A program made the position numbers and the translations under genes. From the IMG/VR virus record IMGVR_UViG_3300045988_125731, positions 23,536 to 87,535 of that record: DNA of 64,000 nucleotides; one strand, given 5' to 3'. The DNA is from a virus. Shown in pieces: positions 41,077 through 49,730 of this stretch; positions within the stretch are counted from its first letter, which is position 1; the number at the start of each line of letters is the position of its first letter. Below the pieces are notes generated by a model, which worked only from the letters and a program-made list of their open reading frames with translations, ran no database searches and had not been told where the DNA came from.

Positions 41077-42438
41077 TTATTCACTTTTCATAGCGGCTAA
41101 AAATTCAGCCATATCACTATCTATTTCTTGTTCACCAATGCTAGGTGTAGTGCTAGTTGGTGCTTGATAAGTAGGTCTTGGTGCTGGAGCTGGTGTTTGT
41201 GTTGGTTGAGTTGTTGGTTTAGCACCAAAAGCTGCTGGTCGTTTAAATGTTGAAGCTACTTCTTGAGCATAAGCACTATCAACATTTGATGGTTTTACAG
41301 TTGGTTCAGTATGAGAAATCATACTTAAATCAAACATTAATAAATCAGACTTAGTATATTTCTCTTTATCAATTGAAAGAACTTTAACACCTTGGGCATC
41401 ATCTATAAGTTTAAAACTACTAAGTGCTTTTACTTCAAATGATTTATTACTAGCTACCATTTTACCAAGATTAGGAAGTTCAAATAGTCCAATTGTAGCC
41501 ATTCTAATAACTTCTTTATATTGAGGAAATTCTTCTGGGTGTTCAAGAATATAACTCATATCAATATCTTCAGTTTCTACTACATAGCTAAAATGTCCGA
41601 CAATGTCCACTACCCATATTTGTGTTGGAGAAGTAATATTTAGATATAAATCTGCTGCACGTTTCCATTGAGGAAGTTCTTCTTTAGAAACATATATAGT
41701 TTGTGGGATTGTGTAAACTTTATAATCTGCTGTTCCAGGTAGTTTTTGGCGTACATTACTATAAACTTGTAATGCATATAGACCTTTTTCTTCTGGAGCT
41801 TTACAAGACTCACTATCAAATAATACTCTTTCAGTAAATGTAGCACTATATTTATCTTCAGTAACATAGTCTGGTGCTAAATAAATATGTGTAATAGTTT
41901 TAGTGGTAACCAATTTACCTTCATTGTTAATAAAGTAACTGAACTTACCTCTAATTGTTAAAATCATTCCATCTTCTAAATGTGAATAGATTTCGTTAAT
42001 TGCTTCATAAGCACATAAGAACTTTTTCATTACAGTATATGTTGAACCATCTGCACGAACAGCACGAGTTAAACCTACTGTAATATAATCGTTATAACTA
42101 AGTGTTTCTAAAATTTCTTCGTTGAAACGTTGGTCAAAATCAAGGAAATAATATTTCATAAGGTCATCTTTTGGGTGAACTAAGAAACCTTTTTCTTGAT
42201 TTGCTTCAAATGAACCTTGCAATGTTGCAAAAGATAATCTATCTCTGCCGCATTTTAAAGAAATACTCATTCGGTTAAAAGTGTAATTACCTTTCTTTTC
42301 TGCAAGAGTAAACATTTTATTAAAATTTTCTGTTTTTTCTTCTGGCGTTTTTCCGTTAATAGAAAATACACCTGTGGCTGAAAATGAGCCAAATGTTTGT
42401 GTTACTTTTTTAGTTGTTGAATTTAATGGTGATTGCAT
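41077..42438 (-). CDS. hypothetical protein (453 aa) with Pro-rich C-terminal tail, co-operonic with erf
   Basis: Large ORF. C-terminus PTQTPAPAPRPTYQAPTSTTP...DSDMAEFL. Confidence 0.45.
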   Translation of the reverse strand: MQSPLNSTTKKVTQTFGSFSATGVFSINGKTPEEKTENFNKMFTLAEKKGNYTFNRMSISLKCGRDRLSFATLQGSFEANQEKGFLVHPKDDLMKYYFLDFDQRFNEEILETLSYNDYITVGLTRAVRADGSTYTVMKKFLCAYEAINEIYSHLEDGMILTIRGKFSYFINNEGKLVTTKTITHIYLAPDYVTEDKYSATFTERVLFDSESCKAPEEKGLYALQVYSNVRQKLPGTADYKVYTIPQTIYVSKEELPQWKRAADLYLNITSPTQIWVVDIVGHFSYVVETEDIDMSYILEHPEEFPQYKEVIRMATIGLFELPNLGKMVASNKSFEVKALSSFKLIDDAQGVKVLSIDKEKYTKSDLLMFDLSMISHTEPTVKPSNVDSAYAQEVASTFKRPAAFGAKPTTQPTQTPAPAPRPTYQAPTSTTPSIGEQEIDSDMAEFLAAMKSE

Positions 42439-42466
42439 AATTTTTTCTCCTTTCTATTTACTTTTT

Positions 42467-42985
42467 TTATTCATCATCATTTTCATTATCATTTTCTTCA
42501 ATGTTATCATTATCGTCATATTCAAGTGGTCGTATGTGACCCACTAAAGGGAAGATAATATATTCTGTAATTTCATCTTTATATATTATAGTATGTTCTG
42601 CCGTTATATTATCTGGTGTCATTATATCTTTATGCAAAGGATACGCTAAATATCCTTGAATACCTGCTCCAATATTAATTGTTTTATTTGCTATATTCCA
42701 ACTATTTAAAACTATACCTTTTACAGATACAAGATGTTGATTACAACATTCATCATCAGGGGCATCAATAGTTTCTTCCAATTTTATTTCATCCAAAATG
42801 ACCATAATTGGGAATGTGTCTATAGTATTCTCTTCATTACATTTAGTATTAGGAATCATAATAATAGGGTGAACCCCATCAGCTAGCATTTTGTTTAATT
42901 CAAATATAGAAGCTTCGTTTATTACATATATTCCACCATAATTATTACTGGTTCCTATACTAATATCTTTTACTTGCTTTATCAT
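42467..42985 (-). CDS. hypothetical protein with poly-acidic C-terminus
   Basis: 172 aa ending EYDDNDNIEENDNENDDE. Confidence 0.45.
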   Translation of the reverse strand: MIKQVKDISIGTSNNYGGIYVINEASIFELNKMLADGVHPIIMIPNTKCNEENTIDTFPIMVILDEIKLEETIDAPDDECCNQHLVSVKGIVLNSWNIANKTINIGAGIQGYLAYPLHKDIMTPDNITAEHTIIYKDEITEYIIFPLVGHIRPLEYDDNDNIEENDNENDDE

Positions 42986-43010
42986 TTTTTAAACTCCTTT
43001 CATTTTATTT

Positions 43011-43187
43011 TTATTCTTCTTGAAACGACCCATCAAGATTAAAGAAAATATTACCTACATAAAAACCTTTCTCTGTATACGCATTCAATTCTATCTCGTC
43101 TTCAGACGTATAAGTAAAATAATCGATACAGAGTTTATCAAATACTTTTTTAGTTATATCTAAGTCACTCATAATTCTCTCTTCCAT
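43011..43187 (-). CDS. possible small acidic protein (58 aa), first ORF of the leftward operon; absent from ORF track
   Basis: Uninterrupted frame with weak RBS. Confidence 0.25.
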   Translation of the reverse strand: MEERIMSDLDITKKVFDKLCIDYFTYTSEDEIELNAYTEKGFYVGNIFFNLDGSFQEE

Positions 43188-43204
43188 TATATTTATATCG
43201 TTCG

Positions 43205-43398
43205 CCTAGGGAAGGCTACAAGAAAGTTGCCGCGTAAGGATTGTAGAAAAGGTAGGCAAAATAGTCTTGTATAATTACATAAAGGAGGTGCACATATTAT
43301 TATTTATCTATCAACTTAAAGAAAGGAAATTGATTTATAAGGAGAGTGTGAGAATATAAAACACACTAAAATAACAACTTTCTTGTCACCTTCCCTAG
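43205..43398. repeat. 24-bp inverted repeat pair (43205-43229 / 43375-43398) enclosing ~145 bp with a nested AGTGTG/CACACT hairpin
   Basis: CCTAGGGAAGGCTACAAGAAAGTTG vs CAACTTTCTTGTCACCTTCCCTAG, 2 mismatches. Lies in a 550-bp noncoding gap at the head of the replication operon. Confidence 0.5.
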
Positions 43399-43539
43399 AC
43401 AAACGATATTTTTAAAATTTTCTTTTCATAATATTATATTCTTTTTATAACAATAAAATCAACTAAAATGATTTAAAAGTTAAAAATATTCTTCATATTA
43501 CAATTATTATTGTAACTGAGAGTAATAAATTAACCAAAT

Positions 43540-44238
43540 TTAGATATTATTAAAATATCTCTTTGTAATTTTTTGTAAAGCACGTTGAATGTAACGACGA
43601 ATAGTGCTATCATTGGTATGATATTTCTTTTCCATATCTCTATATGTCATTCCAGACAAATAACCTAGAAGATATTTATGTTCAAGTAAGGTTAAATAGC
43701 ATTCTCCTTCGCGAACATCTCTTAAATCTTCTATAATTAATCGAATAAGTTCTTCCCTTTCTGTTAAGGGTTGGCTAGTTGTAGAACATTGATGTACATC
43801 TATCATTTCTTCACCTATATTATCTATACTATCAAGCACTTCTTTTGATGTATCTTCTGTACGTATCTTACGACAACGATTAAGAGATGTAGTAATTGCT
43901 CTACCTCCTCTTTTTACCGCTTTTAATGCTGCTAATTCATTACGAATACAATGTTTAATAACAAGATAACACCACGTACTAAATCCTGCTTTCGTATGAT
44001 TATAAGAGTCAATTCTATTCCACATAAAAAATACTATTGTATTTACTACGTCGTCTATCATTTGATAATATTGAGGATTGTTGCGTAAAAATCCAGTAGT
44101 ATAATTATATAAAACATTTGCTAAAGCATCTTCGTCATTATGTTTTAGCCATTGAACTTCAGCAGTGGTTAATAACCCTGTTGAATAACTATTTGCCTTG
44201 TCATATATTAATTCTATTTCTTCTTGTGTAAATTCCAT
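43540..44238 (-). CDS. sigma-70 family RNA polymerase sigma factor (regions 2 and 4)
   Basis: Region-2-like GFSTWCYLVIKHCIRNELAALKAVKRG. Region-4 HTH GMTYRDMEKKYHTNDSTIRRYIQRALQKI. Confidence 0.55.
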   Translation of the reverse strand: MEFTQEEIELIYDKANSYSTGLLTTAEVQWLKHNDEDALANVLYNYTTGFLRNNPQYYQMIDDVVNTIVFFMWNRIDSYNHTKAGFSTWCYLVIKHCIRNELAALKAVKRGGRAITTSLNRCRKIRTEDTSKEVLDSIDNIGEEMIDVHQCSTTSQPLTEREELIRLIIEDLRDVREGECYLTLLEHKYLLGYLSGMTYRDMEKKYHTNDSTIRRYIQRALQKITKRYFNNI

Positions 44239-44257
44239 ATGATGTCCTTTCTCATTG

Positions 44258-44512
44258 CTATATGACTTTTAAAGTAGTAAACTCTTCATAAAATGGAATT
44301 TCTCGAACCTCTTGAACGTGCCATTCCATTCCTCCCATAAAGGAATTTTGTTCACACCACTCTAACCCACGCTTAGTTGCTGACTTTTTATTCGGTGCTA
44401 TTGTCAACATACATTGACTGCTAGCAGAGTTACAATTTTCCATATTACAAGTAGTCGGGAATCCTATTACTTGTAATACATACATTTTATCTTTGTTCTT
44501 TTTCTGTGCCAT
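44258..44512 (-). CDS. hypothetical protein
   Basis: 84-aa ORF. Confidence 0.4.
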   Translation of the reverse strand: MAQKKNKDKMYVLQVIGFPTTCNMENCNSASSQCMLTIAPNKKSATKRGLEWCEQNSFMGGMEWHVQEVREIPFYEEFTTLKVI

Positions 44513-44570
44513 TTTTCTTCAATCTTACTTTCTTAGATTCTTTTTCTTGCGTGGCTTTACGGTATTCTTC

Positions 44571-44714
44571 CTAAGTCTTATCTAAGTTTTTAATTAATTC
44601 TTCTATTGTCATTTCATTTTGTGGTATAAAGCCTATTTTAGCCTCAGGATTGCACATTACGAATGACAACCTATTATACAAGTGGGCTAATAAAACCTTT
44701 TGTTTTTCGGTCAT
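44571..44714 (-). CDS. possible small protein (47 aa); absent from ORF track
   Basis: GTAGGAGGCAAAA ATG directly after the upstream stop. Confidence 0.3.
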   Translation of the reverse strand: MTEKQKVLLAHLYNRLSFVMCNPEAKIGFIPQNEMTIEELIKNLDKT

Positions 44715-44723
44715 TTTTGCCTC

Positions 44724-45059
44724 CTACATCTCCAATTGCCCAAAGATATATGTAAAAATCATTGCACAATTCCATTCTACTAAATTATCATAGCATATAA
44801 AAATAGTATCTGTAAACTCGTCGTGTGTGCTATTTGATTGCCAATGAACCGTTAATTCACACACTGGATTATCTTCTGCTATATTTTCATTTTCAACTAC
44901 AAACCTAAAAATTTCACAATAAGTCGTATCATCAGAAGAAAAAAGTTGTTTTTTATATTCCTCTGTTAACATTTTATTAACAATATTTAGTTTTTGTAAA
45001 ATTGTTAAATTATCTACTTCCCATAATTTATTTTTCATTTGCTTCTTTCCCTTCATCAA
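44724..45059 (-). CDS. hypothetical protein
   Basis: 111-aa ORF. Confidence 0.4.
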   Translation of the reverse strand: MMKGKKQMKNKLWEVDNLTILQKLNIVNKMLTEEYKKQLFSSDDTTYCEIFRFVVENENIAEDNPVCELTVHWQSNSTHDEFTDTIFICYDNLVEWNCAMIFTYIFGQLEM

Positions 45060-45411
45060 TAATTTTTATTTGATTCTTTTTAACCTTTTTTAACTTTTTG
45101 TTTATTCTTTTCAACGCTCTAAGAATTTTAAATTTTTCATTATTTAAATAAAAATCATCTTCTTCTCCTGCGTAAATTTTTACACCAAGATAAGAATTTT
45201 GAACAATGACATAAGGAAAATCATCAGAGTCGTTTAACACTTGCATATCTTGTGTTAATTGTCGAGCGTTTACAGAAAAATAAATTCCATTACGAGAGTT
45301 ATTAGGATAAGCTATTCTAATTTCAGGAATTTTTAATAGCTCTTTTCTAGTTGTCCAACCTTCTAAGGAAAGCAGAACATCAGCTAAAACTTTTTGTCTT
45401 TCATTTAACAT
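45028..45411 (-). CDS. hypothetical protein
   Basis: 127-aa ORF. Confidence 0.4.
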   Translation of the reverse strand: MLNERQKVLADVLLSLEGWTTRKELLKIPEIRIAYPNNSRNGIYFSVNARQLTQDMQVLNDSDDFPYVIVQNSYLGVKIYAGEEDDFYLNNEKFKILRALKRINKKLKKVKKNQIKIIDEGKEANEK

Positions 45412-45696
45412 TTATTTATCCTCCCTAGCTGCTAATTCTATTACAGTCATAACACAATAAGAAGCTAAATCTAAAAGTGTATCTTCTAATCTCTCATCAT
45501 CTACTTGTCTATCTTGTTTTAAAACTAATTTTTCTAAGCGATTAAACTTATCACTAATGCGAGTGAGAGCAGAAATTAGCCCATATTTTTTTACACTCAC
45601 ACCAAAAGAATCTCCGTAGTCAGCATTCTTTTTTTCGTATAACTGTGCCATAGATTCTACTATATCTTTAAATTGTTTGACTTTATTATTTCCCAT
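45412..45696 (-). CDS. DUF1599-like small phage protein (start refined to internal ATG with AGGAGA RBS)
   Basis: KKNADYGDSFG...LISALTRISDKFNRLEKL resembles the DUF1599 K..DYG / R..DK..RL pattern. The track's 69-codon N-terminal extension has a TTG start and no RBS. Confidence 0.45.
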   Translation of the reverse strand: MGNNKVKQFKDIVESMAQLYEKKNADYGDSFGVSVKKYGLISALTRISDKFNRLEKLVLKQDRQVDDERLEDTLLDLASYCVMTVIELAAREDK

Positions 45697-46024
45697 ATAT
45701 TTTTTCTCCTTATAACACATTCTGCAAACCACCCACCTTAAACGTAAACGATTGATTTTATCATTAATGCGAGTAAGATGAGGAGTTACAGAATTATAAT
45801 CGTGGTGCCTAAACCGACCCCATTCTGTTTTAACCACGGCAATAGTCTTTATCGTGGTTGCTAATATACTACACAAGACTTCACAAAACTCAAAGTTTTG
45901 CAAGGGGTTTTTACTATAAGAATAGCAACTTTCCTACAGACGGTATTTGTTTTTAATAATAAATATAATTATACTAAACTAATTTTCAAATTTGATGAAA
46001 ATCGGTATTATATAAATGCATTCA
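45697..46024 (-). promoter_or_regulatory. long structured 5' leader upstream of the DUF1599-like gene, with putative promoter (TTGAAA ... TATATT near 45975-46005)
   Basis: Several hairpins (AACCACG/CGTGGTT, ACAGAAT/ATTCTGT, CAAAACT/AGTTTTG) and a locally GC-richer segment GGGGTCGGTTTAGGCACCACG. Confidence 0.3.
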
Positions 46025-46936
46025 CTATTCCTTCTTTAATCTAAATCCTATTCTATAATATTCATCATAGACAGGCTTCCAAATGATTTCACATTGTTTT
46101 CTTTCGACAGGTAAAAGTTCTTCCATTATATCTAAATCTTGTTGTAGATTTTTGTTGTAGGGGCAACCCTTACAGCCCGAACGTGCAAGATTGTAAGGTG
46201 GATAATATAATTTACATAGTTTAATATTAAATTTTTCTATGAACCACTCTTCAAAATCTTTGTTGATTACTAATAAAGGGTGGAACTTTAATAAATTATC
46301 AGACTTATCTGTAACTATACAAGTAGCAGATAGCCTTTGTCCACCTTCGTCTTGACGTATACCTGTAAGTTTTATACTTTTGTTATTTTCTTTTGCCCAC
46401 TTAGTTGCTGGCTGTTTCTTTAACCTATCGCAACACTTAGCACTACAATGTAAATTAAATTCTGGAGTGAACTGATACATCAATTTCTTAGGACATCTAA
46501 TTTGTGTTGTACTTTCGACAATTCCTAAATATCTTTGTAAAGTTCTATTGTAAGGTTCTCCTCTATGTCGCCAGTACATATCTAAATTCATACTGTGTTG
46601 CTTGCTTTTAAAAGGATAACCTTCTTTTTCTAACATTTCTTTTATATTTACACCACTATTTAATATGACAATTCTATCATCAGTTTTAGCAAGTTCTTTT
46701 ACAAACTCTACAATAAACTTGTATTCAATGCCAGTATTCAAAAACAACCTTGGTATTTTATTTCCTGGTAGTGCCATATCTAATAAGTAATGTAAAATTG
46801 TGCTATCTTTTCCGCCACTAAACGATAGGTAAGCGTTGTGTTCTAAATCGTATTGTTGATTGATTGCACGTATCTTGTCTATTCTATCTAGTAGTAATAT
46901 TTCATTTTCATAAGATTTCATAAATTTCATTTTCAT
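46025..46936 (-). CDS. PAPS reductase family / PP-loop ATP pyrophosphatase protein
   Basis: PP-loop SFSGGKDST near the N-terminus. Cys-rich C-terminal region. 303 aa. Confidence 0.65.
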   Translation of the reverse strand: MKMKFMKSYENEILLLDRIDKIRAINQQYDLEHNAYLSFSGGKDSTILHYLLDMALPGNKIPRLFLNTGIEYKFIVEFVKELAKTDDRIVILNSGVNIKEMLEKEGYPFKSKQHSMNLDMYWRHRGEPYNRTLQRYLGIVESTTQIRCPKKLMYQFTPEFNLHCSAKCCDRLKKQPATKWAKENNKSIKLTGIRQDEGGQRLSATCIVTDKSDNLLKFHPLLVINKDFEEWFIEKFNIKLCKLYYPPYNLARSGCKGCPYNKNLQQDLDIMEELLPVERKQCEIIWKPVYDEYYRIGFRLKKE

Positions 46937-47152
46937 AAGATTTCATAACTGCCACGAACTAACTTAGTTCTATGGCAATTAAATATGCAGACTTTCTACT
47001 TAGTGTCCATTCTTGTCTAATTTTATGTACTAATTCGCCTTAAGGACACTTAGCACAACCTAGATTTCACTAGGGTTAGTTATTACTCTCCTTTATAATT
47101 TCTTTGTTTTTCATTTTTATTCCTCCATCAAATTATATTCTTTTTATTTTTT

Positions 47153-47548
47153 TTAGAAAACAAAATCTTCATCTCCTAATAATTCAGGAGTTTCACAAAT
47201 ATTGCCAACAATTTTAAGTCTAGTAAAAATGTCTATTAAAGGACAATAGTGAAATTCTTCCTCTAAATAATAATGGCATACCCACATACCGTTATACATT
47301 CTTATTATGCCAAGGCGACCATTGTCATTCACTATATCTCTTTCATAAAAATCTTCTTCATTTTTTCTAAATCCAGTCCATTGCATTATAATAATATCAT
47401 TAATATCATTTTTTGTGTATCCTAAATAATATTTTCCCTCTGAATAACAAATATAAATAATATTACCTTCTGTATCCCAGTCCATTACTTTAACATCGAC
47501 CATTTTCTTTTCACATTTTAAATATGCTCTAAATCTATATTCATTCAT
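47153..47548 (-). CDS. YopX-family protein
   Basis: N-terminal YRFRAYLK. C-terminal KIVGNICETPELL hallmark. Confidence 0.55.
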   Translation of the reverse strand: MNEYRFRAYLKCEKKMVDVKVMDWDTEGNIIYICYSEGKYYLGYTKNDINDIIIMQWTGFRKNEEDFYERDIVNDNGRLGIIRMYNGMWVCHYYLEEEFHYCPLIDIFTRLKIVGNICETPELLGDEDFVF

Positions 47549-47552
47549 ATTT

Positions 47553-47936
47553 TTACCCTTTAGAAGATTCTAATAATTCAGGGTTTTCATAAATATTGCC
47601 AACTACCTTCATAGATATTTCATCAGTTGACAAGTCGTTAAATTCGAAAACTCCTCCACTATTAATTTGACGAACATAAAAACCAGATAATATCCAGCAC
47701 ACTTTACATAATTCGCCAAAATATTCTACAATATCACCTTCATATATTTCTTTCCCATTTTTATCTTTAAAGCCAGTGTACTGCATTAAAGCAATATCAT
47801 CTTCGTATCCAAAGTAATCTTTTCCTTTAGGATAATTTAGACAAAGAAGATTTCCCTCATAGTCCCAGTCCATTGCCCCAACTGTTACCATTTCATTAGT
47901 ATCTTTTAAAAACGCTCTAAATTTTATTGCTCTCAT
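47553..47936 (-). CDS. YopX-family protein (tandem paralog)
   Basis: IKFRAFLKD...VVGNIYENPELLE. Confidence 0.6.
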   Translation of the reverse strand: MRAIKFRAFLKDTNEMVTVGAMDWDYEGNLLCLNYPKGKDYFGYEDDIALMQYTGFKDKNGKEIYEGDIVEYFGELCKVCWILSGFYVRQINSGGVFEFNDLSTDEISMKVVGNIYENPELLESSKG

Positions 47937-47939
47937 ATT

Positions 47940-48239
47940 TTATTCCTCCTCTGCAGCAATTCTTTGACCGCACCAAGGGCAGTAAGAATATTGCTTTTCA
48001 ACTTGACAACTGCATCGTGGGCAATAAGGTTTTGAATTAATAGGATTTTCATCAAACCTTGACCCACGATAATACAATTTCATAGGCAATTCTTTTTGTT
48101 TTAGTTTTCTATATTCACGTAACTCGTTAAGAATGACCTTATGTTCATAGTCCAAGTACGACTGTAAATGCTTCGACGCAAATGACCATAAACAAGATAA
48201 TGCTTCTATACCATTTTTCTTTAGTGTGTTATTTTCCAT
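47940..48239 (-). CDS. small protein with C-terminal zinc-ribbon (CPRC...YCPWCGQ)
   Basis: Start refined to ATG after GGGAGAAAAAG. Motif shared with three other genes. Confidence 0.45.
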   Translation of the reverse strand: MENNTLKKNGIEALSCLWSFASKHLQSYLDYEHKVILNELREYRKLKQKELPMKLYYRGSRFDENPINSKPYCPRCSCQVEKQYSYCPWCGQRIAAEEE

Positions 48240-48513
48240 TCTTTTTCTCCCAATATAATTTTTGACCACAATGAGGACAGTAATTTGATTTATATTCTAT
48301 CTCATCTTTTCCACAATTTAAACAAATTCCAAAAGTTTCATCGTGTTGATAGCTAGTTTCTTCTGTATATTGCTTTACTTTCTTAGGAGTATCCCTGAAT
48401 AGAAGTGATGAATTTGTTTTATTTATTTCTTCCACAATGGAATTATATAAGCCAATTTCTTCTTCAGTTTTTAAACCACCTAATTTAGTAATTAACTTTG
48501 TTAAATTTTCCAT
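48229..48513 (-). CDS. small protein with C-terminal zinc-ribbon (CLNCG...YCPHCGQKLYWE)
   Basis: Same Zn-ribbon family. Confidence 0.45.
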   Translation of the reverse strand: MENLTKLITKLGGLKTEEEIGLYNSIVEEINKTNSSLLFRDTPKKVKQYTEETSYQHDETFGICLNCGKDEIEYKSNYCPHCGQKLYWEKKNGK

Positions 48514-48537
48514 ATTGATTTTACCTCATATCAAAAA

Positions 48538-48780
48538 TTATCTACAACTTTTCCACATCACCCAACGTACCCAATTAGGTGTTTCTTCAGGAGGTGTATT
48601 TCCATATTTAAAGAATACGACAATGTAAAAAACTGCAAAACCAATAGCAATTAATATTGGTAATACATAATGAATTCCTATCCAAAGAATAGTATTTATT
48701 TTATCTTTCATTTCTCTCATACTCCTCTCTCCAATATTCATCATTATAGGTTTCGTTTTCATACCACTCATATAATTCAT
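48538..48780 (-). CDS. small membrane protein
   Basis: TM segment ILWIGIHYVLPILIAIGFAVFYIVVFF. Confidence 0.4.
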   Translation of the reverse strand: MNYMSGMKTKPIMMNIGERSMREMKDKINTILWIGIHYVLPILIAIGFAVFYIVVFFKYGNTPPEETPNWVRWVMWKSCR

Positions 48781-49090
48781 CGGCTATTTGAAAATCTTTA
48801 TCATCATCATTATCAAACTCCAATTTAAAGTAATAACCGTGAATAATGTCATTAAAGTCGGTGTCGGTATAATCAACATCAACATCTAAATGATTTATGA
48901 TTTCTTTGAGAAGAGTTAAGGCTTGAATGACATCTTTAAACACCCCAATTCGATATGAATAAAAAGGTATCATATCTTTCTTTGTAGGATTTGTGCTTCT
49001 TCTACGTTGTGCCAACTCGTATTCATCTTCATTTTTGATAGCCTCTATGTAGTCAATTAAAAAGTCTAATTTATTCATCTTCCACTCCAA
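48701..49090 (-). CDS. acidic hypothetical protein
   Basis: 129-aa ORF, Asp/Glu/Tyr-rich. Confidence 0.35.
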   Translation of the reverse strand: MEWKMNKLDFLIDYIEAIKNEDEYELAQRRRSTNPTKKDMIPFYSYRIGVFKDVIQALTLLKEIINHLDVDVDYTDTDFNDIIHGYYFKLEFDNDDDKDFQIADELYEWYENETYNDEYWREEYERNER

Positions 49091-49730
49091 AATAATATTT
49101 TTTGATACGGTCTTCGCCGATAGTTTCGATAGCCTTTTTTGCTATCTCTTCACTTGTAAAATAGATATTAAATGGGGTATAACACCACTTATATGTAGAA
49201 AAAACGGCTATAATTTTATCTGATTGAAACATACCTAAATAGTATTTTGTCTGATTAACATCATTCCAATCAATTTCTTTTTCGTTATTTTCGTATGCGA
49301 ACCTTTCTAACTCGTGAATAACTTTGAGTTTTTCGACCATAAACTTGGCTTGCTCTGCGGTTTGAAAACAATTGCCTATAGCCATTAATCTTTTATCATT
49401 TTCATACTCCCCATAGTCAAAATAATCTATATTAACATCGTGGCGAATAAAATAATAAGGTTTTCCTTTTTTAGGCTCCCACCATTTTCTTTTTTCCTCA
49501 AATATTTCCCAATCATCGGCTAAAATATTTTCTACATTTGTTAAAGATAAATCATCAATTTTAGTGTCAATTTGTTCTTTATTATAAAAGTTTGGGCTAC
49601 AACACAATAAATTCCCGTTATTGTCAATGATAAGCCATACATCTTTCCACCCTTTTCTTCTAACTTTCTTCCCTTTTGTCATTTCTTCAATTGCTTGTTC
49701 AAAATTCATTAGTTTCCTCCTCAACTTCAA
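49071..49730 (-). CDS. DUF2829-like N-terminal domain protein (paralog 1 of 3)
   Basis: N-terminal FEQAIEEMTKGKKVRRKGW. C-terminal GNCFQTAEQAKFMVEKLKVIHEL. Confidence 0.45.
   Translation of the reverse strand: MKLRRKLMNFEQAIEEMTKGKKVRRKGWKDVWLIIDNNGNLLCCSPNFYNKEQIDTKIDDLSLTNVENILADDWEIFEEKRKWWEPKKGKPYYFIRHDVNIDYFDYGEYENDKRLMAIGNCFQTAEQAKFMVEKLKVIHELERFAYENNEKEIDWNDVNQTKYYLGMFQSDKIIAVFSTYKWCYTPFNIYFTSEEIAKKAIETIGEDRIKKYYFGVEDE

Noticed and set aside
45697-45903. N-terminal 69-codon extension of ORF 45412..45903
   Set aside because: It has a TTG start without an RBS, whereas the internal ATG at 45696 has a perfect AGGAGA RBS. The upstream part is better explained as a structured leader, though the long open frame is noted.
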